Below, one piece after another: positions 53,044 to 64,000 of a DNA stretch of 64,000 bases. Source of the stretch: Antedon mediterranea (taxonomy: Eukaryota; Animalia; Echinodermata); contig NC_092673.1 of assembly GCF_964355755.1 (NCBI RefSeq), positions 30,005,648 through 30,069,647 on the forward strand, given 5' to 3'. How positions within the stretch are numbered: the first letter of the stretch is position 1; each line of letters begins with the position of its first letter. The notes below the pieces were generated by a model. The model was not told the DNA's origin and did no database searches. It worked only from the letters and a program-made list of their open reading frames with translations. The translations under genes and the position numbers were made by a program.

Positions 53044-55224
53044 GCTCATGTTGGAGTCCGAGAGGTTGATACCTTACGTTATCTCCCTCCCACAGTTCAT
53101 CTACCTCATGCTAAGCACAGAGCTTTGTGGCACCCCTGTATGGAGGAACGAAAAATGCCTAGTACAGTACAGCCCCTCAACGACGAAGAATCACCCATGG
53201 ATGGGGTTGCTAGCGACACAACAAAATTGAAGGAAGAACCAGATATTATAAAAGTGAATGGTGATGCACACACTGAAATCGAAGAAGACGTTGGGCATGA
53301 TGAAATCCCCGACTCGCCGTCAGGGAATGGCGAGGCTTATCAGTGCAAACTTTGTACCTTTATTGCGCCGTCACCTGCAATATTAGAGGAACATAGAAAT
53401 GTGCATCTTGGACGTAAACCGTTCAAGTGTGACGAATGTGGTTTTGCAAGTGCCTATCAAAACACTCTACTGCAACATATGCAGCTCCATCGGGAAAACA
53501 TACAAAAGGGACCGGATTCTCCGTCGGAAGAAGAGATGGACGATCATAGCAGCACGAACGGCAATGATGCTTTACACGCTCAGGAAAACATGCAGAGTAT
53601 GCTAGAGGCCTCCGAACAGGATGGCATGGTACGTGGTGATAGGCAACCCTCTGTTTACCAATGTAAGTTATGTACATATATTGCTCCAACTAAGACGCAC
53701 CTTAACGAACACATGAATGTGCATTCCGGCAACAAACCATACAAATGTTTGGTTTGTGGATTTAGCAGCTCTTTTCGTAGCAGTTTGATGCGCCATTTGA
53801 TTGTTCATACGGGTACGGCTAAAATGTTTAAATGCGATCGATGTTTGTACCAAACGCCGTATAAATGTAACTTGGTCACTCATCGTAAAAAGAAGCATCC
53901 TGAGGCAATGTACGGTGTTGATTTTGGATCATTCCTAACAGACGACATCAACACCAGCAAAATGACTAGTCCGTCAAAAACTATGGATATAAACAGTATG
54001 TATACGTCACCTCTTACGACTGTTTTTCCGGGCGGAGTAATGACAAACTCGGTTGGTGTTAATCGAATCGGTAATGTTTCGCCCATTATTGATCCTAAAT
54101 ATCAACATGCTATTGATTCGCATCACATGTTCAATCATTCTGGTTCTGTGCCAAACAGCACATTGAACCAAAACTCTTATTCTCAGGATTTACCAATGCC
54201 CGATGAAAGCTCTCGGACATCGCCGGGTTCGACAGACGGCTATACGCTACGACAAGGAAACCCAACAGTTGGGAGCACAGCTTCCCATACTGAATCTACC
54301 TCAGGAAATACTACTGGTCACAAAGACCAGTCCCAGGCTATTGACTTTTCAAATACGGCACAGTTAAGTGCAGAAGATAGTTCAGCTGCAAGTGATAATA
54401 GTGGACCCATAGTGTCTGATGTACAGTCTCTTACAAGTAGCCCTGGTGGAATTACATCGCCCATTCTATCCCCATCTGATAACATTCCACCCAATACAGC
54501 CACTTCACCTTCAACCATAAACGAAATCTCAGTTATTACCCCGTTGCAACTTCAACAGCAAAAATCGTACGAAGAAATGTTAGAGAAACCATTTGGTGCA
54601 AAGAAACGAAAACGCAAGCCGACGCCACTTCCTGCTACTCTCGGGAAACGTTACACAATGGAGATCAATAGGGAGCGGGAAGCTGCGCTGGCGAGAAAAG
54701 CTTACGAAGAAGGACTAACCGGAAGATCGGATGGCGATGTCCCATACTTATCAGCAAGACCAATCAAATCACGTATTTTACCAGCAAATGCATTTATTAC
54801 TTCTACCTCAGGAAATTTAGATCATACAGATCCTTCAATTCAGGCTGCTTCAGACGTAACAAATACCTCAACATATTCACTCGGGAAATCCTCGGAGTAC
54901 CGGCATGGCTCCGAGGAATCGTACTACTACCGCACGCACCAAGAGAAAGGGCCCACAAGCACTCAGGTTAATCATTTCGGAAAGAGAACCGTCGAGACTC
55001 AGACAATTCCAGGTGGGGACAATGACGGCGAGAATTCGGCGTCGAAACCCCACATACAGACGTGTCCTTACTGTGGTACAATGTTCCCGGAACAGGTTAT
55101 CTACAGTCTACATATGAGTTGCCATGGCACCGAACATCCTTTTCAATGTAGCATATGTCAGTATGTGTGTCGAGACAAAATAGAATTTACGTGTCATATA
55201 ACACGAAGTCAACATACAAGATAA
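53044..55224 (+). CDS. IKZF5: Ikaros-family C2H2 zinc-finger transcription factor, Pegasus/IKZF5-like (main coding exon; 2+3+2 fingers)
   Basis: ORF open from a splice acceptor (TATATCTTACAG|53044, phase 0) to TAA at 55224; the first in-exon, in-frame ATG is at 53140. Seven C2H2 fingers. The C-terminal pair CPYCGTMFPEQVIYSLHMSCHGTEHPFQCSICQYVCRDKIEFTCHITRSQH is the Ikaros/Hunchback dimerisation finger pair. CGFASAY and NLVTHRKKKH resemble Pegasus fingers 2 and 3. Orthology is inferred from motif recall, not a search. Confidence 0.9.
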   Translation, partial: AHVGVREVDTLRYLPPTVHLPHAKHRALWHPCMEERKMPSTVQPLNDEESPMDGVASDTTKLKEEPDIIKVNGDAHTEIEEDVGHDEIPDSPSGNGEAYQCKLCTFIAPSPAILEEHRNVHLGRKPFKCDECGFASAYQNTLLQHMQLHRENIQKGPDSPSEEEMDDHSSTNGNDALHAQENMQSMLEASEQDGMVRGDRQPSVYQCKLCTYIAPTKTHLNEHMNVHSGNKPYKCLVCGFSSSFRSSLMRHLIVHTGTAKMFKCDRCLYQTPYKCNLVTHRKKKHPEAMYGVDFGSFLTDDINTSKMTSPSKTMDINSMYTSPLTTVFPGGVMTNSVGVNRIGNVSPIIDPKYQHAIDSHHMFNHSGSVPNSTLNQNSYSQDLPMPDESSRTSPGSTDGYTLRQGNPTVGSTASHTESTSGNTTGHKDQSQAIDFSNTAQLSAEDSSAASDNSGPIVSDVQSLTSSPGGITSPILSPSDNIPPNTATSPSTINEISVITPLQLQQQKSYEEMLEKPFGAKKRKRKPTPLPATLGKRYTMEINREREAALARKAYEEGLTGRSDGDVPYLSARPIKSRILPANAFITSTSGNLDHTDPSIQAASDVTNTSTYSLGKSSEYRHGSEESYYYRTHQEKGPTSTQVNHFGKRTVETQTIPGGDNDGENSASKPHIQTCPYCGTMFPEQVIYSLHMSCHGTEHPFQCSICQYVCRDKIEFTCHITRSQHTR

Positions 55225-55585
55225 TTTAATGTGCCACTAAATATATTTTGAATAAATTTTACTATTTGTTTAATCGATAGTTAATTTAAACAGAATGGTT
55301 TTTATTTTCTAAATTTTGTACCTTTAGACTTTCCTTTTTTAGTTTACAAGATCTTAATATTGAATTGTGCAACTCGATTATTCCTAATGATTCTGAAATG
55401 TAGCAAATATTATTGAGTTGATATAATAAATTAATAAGTTGAGAAGAAATATTATATAAAGAACTTATTTTTATTTAAAGGACTGTTATCAAGTTCACAA
55501 TTGCAATTCTTAAATTAAACAAATTTTAATATTTCCCCACGCATAAACATAAACCATTCTATTTATAGATATTTTATTTATATAT

Positions 55586-55984
55586 TAACCAATCAGGGTA
55601 GAGTAATAATAATTTGATTGGTTAGTTATCATTTTTTTGTTGCAGAACATTTTTATTTTTAATTATTTTTCTTTGTCAGCTGAGTTTTGTGCCTTTCTGA
55701 AATTGCAACTAAAAGTTAATCATGTATTGTATTGACAATACATGATGATATACATATAAACATACAATGTTCATGTGTATATCTTATATATGTATTATTG
55801 TAGGTTGAGAATACCTACACACATATCATTAATGTGTTTGTGTATGTATAACATATATATAGTAGAACCATGCAATTACAGCATTAAATTTGCAAAATCT
55901 TTTTTATTTGAACAACTCGCCAACTTTTTGTAATTGCAGTTCTACTATATATAGGTACACATACAAGAGGCATTGATGATTATG
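55586..55984 (+). other. Cluster of predicted RNA stem-loops in the presumed 3' UTR of the zinc-finger gene
   Basis: Inverted repeats at 55586-55624, 55719-55746, 55747-55783, 55799-55819 and 55822-55984. Confidence 0.6.
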
Positions 55985-56426
55985 ACATCGTGTCTAAAAC
56001 AAAAAAAAAGAAAAACGAGAAATGTCGATATTGAAAATTTCAAATTTAAATTATTTTTTATTGTAATTTTTTAACTTGCCTACCTCAATGTATAAAACTT
56101 GTATGTACCTCAATATTAATACCAATATAACAATACTATTATATTTATATAGTATACATGCTAATATATTAATGCTAAATATAACATAAATGATACTATG
56201 TTTATGTGGCATACATGTTCATTCTAAGGTAGCCAAGAATACTACTATTTCCATGTTAAACTGCTAAAACAAAATAATAAACATTTCTTACATATCTGGT
56301 ATTTACTAATAGTTTGTCCTACTTCCCTTTAAAATAGCAAATTATTTTTGGGGCTATGTTGATTTGATGACGACAGTGTACAAGAAGCATCCTCGTTAAA
56401 CATCTCTAGCCTAATAAATTCACTAA

Positions 56427-56578
56427 AACACTATTTACTTTTGGCTATACGTATTCACAATTCATGAACACTATTGCTCCTTTTGGCTATACGTACTCAT
56501 AATTCATGAACACTATTTATCCTTTTGGCTATACGTACTCACAATTCATGAACACTATTTATCCTTTTGGCTATACAT
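56427..56578. repeat. ~42-bp tandem repeat, ~3.5 copies
   Basis: Unit AACACTATTTATCCTTTTGGCTATACGTACTCACAATTCATG. Confidence 0.9.
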
Positions 56579-59500
56579 ACTGTCAATTTCAGTAATGTCT
56601 TTAAATGCCCCCTGGAACCAATTATAACTTTATGCCTCTAATTAATAAATATAAAATTACTAACCATTTTAATTCATATGAAATTTACCCAATTGAAACA
56701 GCAAAGGTTTTTTTTTTATATTCACTGATTTTACAGATTATAAGACATTTTAAATTAATTGAAAGAGAAAAAATTGATAATGTTTTGACCTCTCTTCTGC
56801 TACTTACATTGCTTATCACAGAATCAACACAATTTCCTGGGATATACTTGCTTCCTTCCGGTATAATCGTCAAATAATAATAAAAATTGTTTCAACTCTA
56901 AAAATGCTAGCCTATACCCCATGTAACCTCCTTTTTTGATTTCTTGGTACCGGTACTCGCATAAATGTTTTTTTTTTTTTTGGTTTTTTTTTTTACATTC
57001 CGTTAAATACCAAACTAATTATAATGTAAATTATTTAATAATCAACAAATGATAAACTATTTCTAGGGGTGTCTTTTTTTAGCCTATGTTTTAAAGCATC
57101 ATATTGGACAGTTGCCTATATTTGGAAATTGTAGCCTATATAAGATTTTAAACACATAAATTCTTCGCACAAATATAATATATTATGCATTCATTGTACA
57201 GTAGTATTGACCTCATGTAAAATGTGAGATCTGGCAAGGGACTTAAGTTGACCTGGACTTGTGCTTAGGGTGACCATACAGTCGGCGGCCACACGCTGGC
57301 TGTATTACGCCTAATACAATCATATTCACCAACCACTTGGTAACTAGCCTTCAGGCCAAGTCTCTAACAGACAACTTGACCTTAGTCTGTTAAAGGTATT
57401 ATGCTTTTATTGCCCAGAGTTGACCTCTGCTGAGGCCTTTGTCCAGGTGTTAGGGGGTAAAACTGAATGGAATATTTTGACCATTCTTTTTTATTGTTCG
57501 GTCAATTACCCTTGGTTTAAAAATAGTTTAGAAGTCACTGCAATTATTAATTATTATTATTATTATTATTACAGTTAAATAACTTAAAATAATATTGACA
57601 TTTATAAACCCTCTAGATGTAGTTTAATAACCACTGTGCTTTTTAAAGAAGACAAATATTATAGTTTTTGAAATAGTTAGTCTGGTTTATGAAATTGTTA
57701 AAAGCTATGTGTCATATCTTCTCACACGTGACAGACGCCATATTGCAAATATGCAATCTTTCAATTCCAATAAAATGGTAAGTTAGAAAGAATAATACCA
57801 TGTTTGTTAAACATTAAATGATTAAAAATTTCAATTTACCAACATTTCTCGTTTTTCAAATATAAATTATAGATTTCCGTATATGATTTGTAAATTGGGT
57901 TTTTAATAATTGGTGGTTTTATTAGGGCGTGTTAAAAACGGGTTAAAATACAATTTATGTTCTGAAATTTTTTTTTTTTAATAATGATATTCTAAAGCTG
58001 CATCAAGTGTACAATTGTGTAATTTGCAGATATGTTTTATGTTATAAATTTTATTTTTAGAAAATGTTGCAAATAATTGAGTTTTAGAAAAAATTAATTA
58101 TAATGGCAGTGGATTCTAAACCTGTATAATTCAAAATATTATTGGTGTTGGGCAAAAAAATAATTTTTTTCATAAAACCAATTTTATTAATGGGTAGTAT
58201 AAGGTTGTCTAACTTTTATGTTACCATTCAAACATACATAAGGATGAAATTGTTTTAATTTTTCATTATTTTAATATTGGGACAATGTCCAAGGACATCT
58301 CAGTATAAATAGCTAAGCTATATTTAAACAACTCTTGCAAAGTAACAATAAAAGTCTTTTAAATGAAAAGTAACAATATTTTAAATTGTTGAGAGAGAAA
58401 AAGGAGGAAAAAATGAATAATTTAGTTTTTTTGGGTTATTACAACTATCGCAAAAATTATCTCTGTGTTTGCGGACAAACAAGTCTAATAATTTGCTAAC
58501 ATCTGAATGAACAGCAAGTGAACTATATCAATGTAAAAAATTCCATTAGTTGGCTCATTATTCTAAATATTTTTTCTAATATAAAACTCATTCCATGTTC
58601 ACACCTCATAATTTGAATGTTCTCAGTATTTTTCTCATAATTGTTTATATTCACGTTCATTTCGTCTGAATTTACTGTATGCAAAATCCTTGTGCCAACG
58701 GACTTTGGTCTTGTAACTAGTTTTTTATTGATCATATTAGCAAACTTACATAGAAATCTACCTCTTAAAATCAATTCATGGTGTTAATCATGATATTAAT
58801 GCCTGGTAAAATAAATATTTAAAAAAAGCAAATATTCTGGAAAAAATAATGGTTTAAAATACAAGTGCCAAATGTATGTATATCATTGCCTACAATTATT
58901 CATGTTTAAATTGATTTTTGATAATAAAGAAATTTCTGTTTTAATTGAATATTATGTTTGATGGCAATTAAAAAATTACTTTTTTAAGTTATGTAAATTG
59001 AAAAGCAGTTCTACATATAAATTCTGGACAGTCGGAGTAGATGTAGTCTCTAAAAGCTTGTAATTTGTTGAGTAAACTCGCAAGTGCATTATGTTTTTGC
59101 ATGGTTGTTCCTAGCTAAATACTAGCTAGTTGTATATATATTAATCGTCATATTCTTTTCAAGTCTATTGTATGTATTCATAGACTATTGTTCAGATATT
59201 TTCTCATTCTATCTTGGTGGTGTTAAAGGTGTGTTACTGGGTTGTTTTTTTTAGCAGTAAGTTTGGGTAATGGGGGTGAATGTTTTAAAAAAAATTCTTT
59301 TAAAGCGAGTATTTTGTGAAAAGCCTTGCAATATGCGTGTCAAACCACTGTGTTGTCATGTGCTTTGGTTGTTCACCTGTTGCTTATTTGTGTTTGTGAA
59401 CTTGTAAATCCAAAATGGCCTTCTTGCATTCTTTGTTTCTAAGAAACATCAATTTAAAAAAAATTATAATTTTACAAAATTGATATTTAGTTATATTTTT

Positions 59501-60961
59501 CAACTACATATTTTCATTTTTTTTGTGGGGGAGGTTGGGAAGGGGTGGGGTTAGTATTTGCTTGGATAATTTAACACAAATTTAAGCGTATATATACTTG
59601 GTTATATTTTTTTGGTAAGATGTTATTTTGGAAGACAGCAAATATTCGATGTCTGTTGTCATTAAGATCATTGTTAAAATTTAAATAACTATAAATATGT
59701 TCTTAGTGTTGGTATTACAAAATAGATAATTGTTTTATTATTTGATTTATTTAATAATTAATGTAATTTTTTGGTACGTTGCTAAGAATACGAGAATGAT
59801 TGTTTTATTTTGCATCATTGTTTGAAAGGGAGTGAATTTACTAGGAGTAATGGATGCAGAATTATTAAAACTCCACATAGTGGATTCGCAATGATAAATT
59901 TTCCCTAACATATCTACCTCATTTGTACAAAAGAGAAGCTCGTTGTTGTATAATAAATGTATTGTGAGTAATAGAGTAAGTAAATATTAACTGAACTCGA
60001 GGTTTCGTTTGTCTTTCTCTGCGTTTAATCTTTACATTTTTTAAAATTATAATAAGTAATACAGGATTTTAAAACCAAACAAACATGGATAGATAATTTT
60101 TCAAAAACGGTTTCTGGGAAAATATATATACCTCAGAAATGTCACTTTATTTACCTCGATAATTTCTAGAAATATAAAGGAATATGGGTCATTATTTAGT
60201 AGTTGATCTTCACATTGAAGATTTTTGAAAATTTTAAAAATTTTATTTTAATTTCAATAAAAAATATTAAGGAGTTGTTTTTATATAGTAAGTTTATTAG
60301 CAAATTCTGAAAGACAGATGAAACCAAATAATATCGACGATTCAAATTTTATAAAGAAATGATAAAGAGTACTGAATAATATAAATCATTTCTATAGTGA
60401 GATCAAAAACTAGTATTATTTTTATTGTAGAAGTAGCTACAAAAAGAAAACTTATGATTTGAATCATGGATATTTTTAAGGGCGTTTAATGTGTTTAGTG
60501 TTATAAGAATATAAGAACTTCTTTGTAAGCTCAAAGTATTAGTTTTTAGACTTTAAGCGTAGTGCCTAAGTGGCGTTATGCTACAATTTATCTACCTCAG
60601 CCTAATGCAGTGTCTGCACACTGTAAAGGTATATTTTGTGAGAAAAAAATAAATAAAGTCAGAAGTATAGGTGTTAATATTTTATTCTGAATACTTTTAG
60701 ACACAAATAAAGAGGTACAGAGAAGAAGTTTATAAGTTTGTACATTATTTGTATTGGTTGCCATACCGACGTATCATATTGTAGCCAGACAAAAATAACT
60801 TTTGAGTGATTTCTGTTTTTTTTTTCTTTTTGTCTTTTCTTTGATTTTGGAAAGAAGCCTGAAATATATGACAATACTGATGATAAGGGCAATTTCTTGT
60901 TGCATTTGTCTTTTATTCCTGTTGTCTCTATTTTTACACTTTTTTTTGCGGTGCGTGTCAT

Positions 60962-62293
60962 CAGTGGCGTATCCAGTGGGGGGGGGGCTGGGGGGCCCGG
61001 GCCCCCCCTGATTTTGTGTCCGTCGGCACATCATCGCGTCCGTCGGCAAACAAAGGTGCCGGGAAAAAAATAAAGTTAGGCAAATAAGAATAAACTATTA
61101 TTCTGACAATAATTGAACTGTAAACATAATTCTTTTGAGTGTTTGTTTATTTACATATCATATCAGATCCCTTCAGATGATGGAGGTACCTCCATGTTCA
61201 GATCAACTATTTTTTATTTTCATTACATCTAACCAAACACGTAAAAAATGTGGTCAAAATATCTTATCATCTAGCACGTACGTACGGCCGTACGCGCTAG
61301 ATTGTTTACTCAAAAGTCTTTGAAGAACGGTCCGGTGACCTTATCCTATTCAACCTTGTTTTTGCAGTTGAGCCTCTCATGACCAGGGATTTGTATGTCT
61401 TCCTACGCTAAGATTATATAGTTCCACATGCCATGTGCTTTTTTTCTCGTAAGATATATTTATTATAAGTGCCAAAAACCCGTTTTTTTCTCGATATGAG
61501 GCCTTTATTATTCGAATTTTTTAAAGAAAAAGCACACATACCATAAAAAATATCCATGAATTTCATTTTTGGAACAGAATATTCCGTGAGGCTCAACTAT
61601 AAAACCACCATTTTGTGATATGATGTCATCGTAAGCCAATCAAAGCTGAGCTTTCTCGTGATTGGCATTGTTCACGGTTGAATGATTTTGGATTCTGGCT
61701 GATTTGATTGGTGGATGCGAATCACCCGCAGCGGAATGTTTTCTCTCGCGCGTGCACTAGAAGTTGATAATACGGTCTCTCTGATCGTTACTACACAAAA
61801 TTAGAGCAATGAATTTGTCCGAATTCCGTTAAGTAAACAACTTCATATATTTTATAAGCATTTAATAACATGTTTTATTGATATTTCCAATGGTGATATA
61901 TAAAATAAATTACTAAAAAAACGTAATTATATGTAATTATTTTAACCAAAAATGGCGTAGGCCTAGTTAATAGAATTGCCGACTGGGGCCGAAAAATGTT
62001 TTACTTCTTTCGTGGCTAAAAACGATAATTTTCGGCGATGTTTTAGACCCTATATTTCGAAAACTACAAGTCAGATTTCCTAATTTTTTCTTTATTGTAA
62101 TATGAATGCAACATACTAACAGATAATGTTGGTTTGGTTTTAATTTTGCATCGTTATCCCATATAAGACAATATGACTATGCAATCCTAGAACCGTATAT
62201 TGATCAGGTGTATGTACAGATAATGACACTAATTTTGTCGGCAAATTGGCAATTCCCGGCCCCCCCAACTTCAAAATCCTGGATACGCCACTG
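60962..62293. mobile_element. Non-autonomous hAT transposon (1332 bp)
   Basis: TIR CAGTGGCGTATCCAG / CTGGATACGCCACTG; perfect 8-bp TSD CGTGTCAT (60954-60961, 62294-62301). Confidence 0.93.
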
Positions 62294-62647
62294 CGTGTCA
62301 TGCGAGTTTGTTCCACTAAGAAATGTTGATTTATTCAAGAAACTGACAGTGGAATAGGCATTATCTAGCATGGTAACGCAAACCAGCGGTAAATATGCTC
62401 AACTCATGACGATTGTTGCGCCTTTTTTTTTGGAAAACAAACCCTCTGTAAAAATCCTGGCTTAAGATTATAGCCTTACATTAATTCCCCAGTGGCGGAT
62501 CCAGGATATTGAAATAGGTGTGCCCAGGGCCTAAAAATAAAGAGCTGAGCTTGTGATGTCCTATCTTTTGCATTACGATTTGCGTTAGAATTAACTGTAG
62601 GGGCATGAATTAAAAACATATGCTTGTACACTGCTTCATTGCTCCTT

Positions 62648-62903
62648 GGCACGTGGCGCAGCGTGTTGGACTACTGATCGTGATATCGTGAGTTAAAATC
62701 CAACGCTAGTCGTATTGCTTGTATCTTCATTAGGCAAGACAATTTACTTACGTTTGTCTCTCCACCCAGGTGTATAAATGGGTACCTGGTATAATTGCGC
62801 TGATTACTAACTGCATTATAGAAGTATGTTTCCATACATCGTTAATTGGGGTGCTTACAAGTTTTGTGCAATAAGCGCTATATAAGAATGAGGTATTATT
62901 ATT
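62648..62903 (+). mobile_element. tRNA-derived SINE family A (with tail)
   Basis: TGGCGCAGCGTG head, CTCTCCACCCAGGTGTATAAATGGGTACC core, AAGCGCTATATAAG...TATTATTATT tail. Confidence 0.8.
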
Positions 62904-62984
62904 GATTTAGAAGGGATTTTATTTTTATTTTTTCATTTATTAAACTTGATCATTGCACATAAAAAAAGCGAAAAGAAAGGGATG

Positions 62985-63080
62985 AACAGGTGACAAGCAC
63001 CTCTATCCACATCCCCCCTTAACATATACATAACAGGTGACAAGCACCTCTATCCACATCCCCCCTTAAAATACACATAA
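62985..63080. repeat. 47-bp tandem duplication
   Basis: AACAGGTGACAAGCACCTCTATCCACATCCCCCCTTAA occurs twice. Confidence 0.9.
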
Positions 63081-64000
63081 CAAAACAATAGTATAAATAT
63101 AATACTTTTAATTGAACTTCTGCATCAAATGTAGTTCAGATATGTTTACCTGTAACAGGTGTATATAAGTATTTCCACGAAAATTGTAGGTTTGCCAAGA
63201 TCTGTGACTGATGACTGGCTTCCAAGAATTTCATTACAGTATGTGTTGTTTTACATGGATGAACATACTAACACATAACAGTTGAAATATAACTAAAACA
63301 TCATTGAGTTTTGAGAATCATTTCCTCAATATGGCATCATATTCTTGTTACAACATTAATGACTGTTTAAAATAAATGTAAAATGTAGTTTATGATGTTA
63401 TAATAAAGGTCTTTGAATGTGCAAGATTCTTCCACAAGAGACCTACAATGTTATTCTGAATTGACTACATTTTCAAGCATTATAATCATTGTCTTAGTTT
63501 GTAGTTCTGCATGTATAGTATTACCAACTCTTAGTAATAACATTTTCCCCTCAGGTGGTATTGTATGATTTTTTCATTTTCTGTTAACTAGCTTCCACTA
63601 TGCATTATTCACATTGCTGAATATAACAGTATAATTTAAGTAAATGCTGATTGCATTAAAGCATTGGTAGGATATATTTGATTGTTTAGTAAATATTTCA
63701 GTTTATAAGGGCAAGGTCATTTGCTTAGCCTCTTATCTTTAATTTCAGCATTTCATGTTCTATTCATAAAAAAGTTGACCGATAACAATACCCATTATTC
63801 AAAACAACCGGAGCATAGCACATGAAAAATATTCATGCGGCAAGACATTGTACAATGGGTTTTTGGATAGGCAAATGATTGAAGTCATTTTAGAAGAGAC
63901 TATAATGTTCAAAATTTATCAGACTAGTAATAACTACATCCTTACACTAATTCATTTCAACACACCGTGATGCATTAATGCTTAATTCAAAATATTTTTG

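Noticed and set aside
53044-55224. Calling the zinc-finger gene hunchback
   Set aside because: The central cluster has three fingers with Pegasus-like motifs rather than the four Hunchback fingers, and no convincing Nanos-response element was seen in the UTR.
57640-58365. Possible decayed TTAA-flanked (Kolobok-like) element
   Set aside because: Terminal inverted repeats are too degraded to define boundaries.
63100-64000. Possible 3' UTR of a convergent downstream gene
   Set aside because: No coding exon within the window to support it.

Overview
AT-rich, intron-containing animal genomic DNA, probably from a marine invertebrate deuterostome such as an echinoderm (inferred from vertebrate-like gene structure and the repeat families). 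Three protein-coding genes are supported. (1) The 5' part of MMS19 (cytosolic Fe-S assembly) on the - strand: 11 exons, running off the left edge. (2) A complete 3-exon UBTD1/2 gene, head-to-head with MMS19 across a ~350-bp bidirectional promoter. (3) An Ikaros-family, Pegasus/IKZF5-like C2H2 zinc-finger gene whose coding body is one 2.2-kb exon (53044-55224); its start codon may lie in a tiny exon 15.6 kb upstream, behind a regularly spaced array of four CCAAT boxes. The ~40 kb between UBTD and the zinc-finger exon appears non-coding. It carries many non-autonomous DNA transposons with intact TIR/TSD (hAT, Kolobok, PIF/Harbinger, ISL2EU-like), tRNA-derived SINEs, an L2 fragment, minisatellites, putative P-element and Tc1/mariner footprints, and a degenerate Penelope-type hammerhead motif (a second lies in an MMS19 intron). 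The most unusual unexplained signal is a back-to-back chain of stem-loops in the presumed 3' UTR of the zinc-finger gene. All coordinates were read by eye, and family assignments come from recalled motifs, not database searches.
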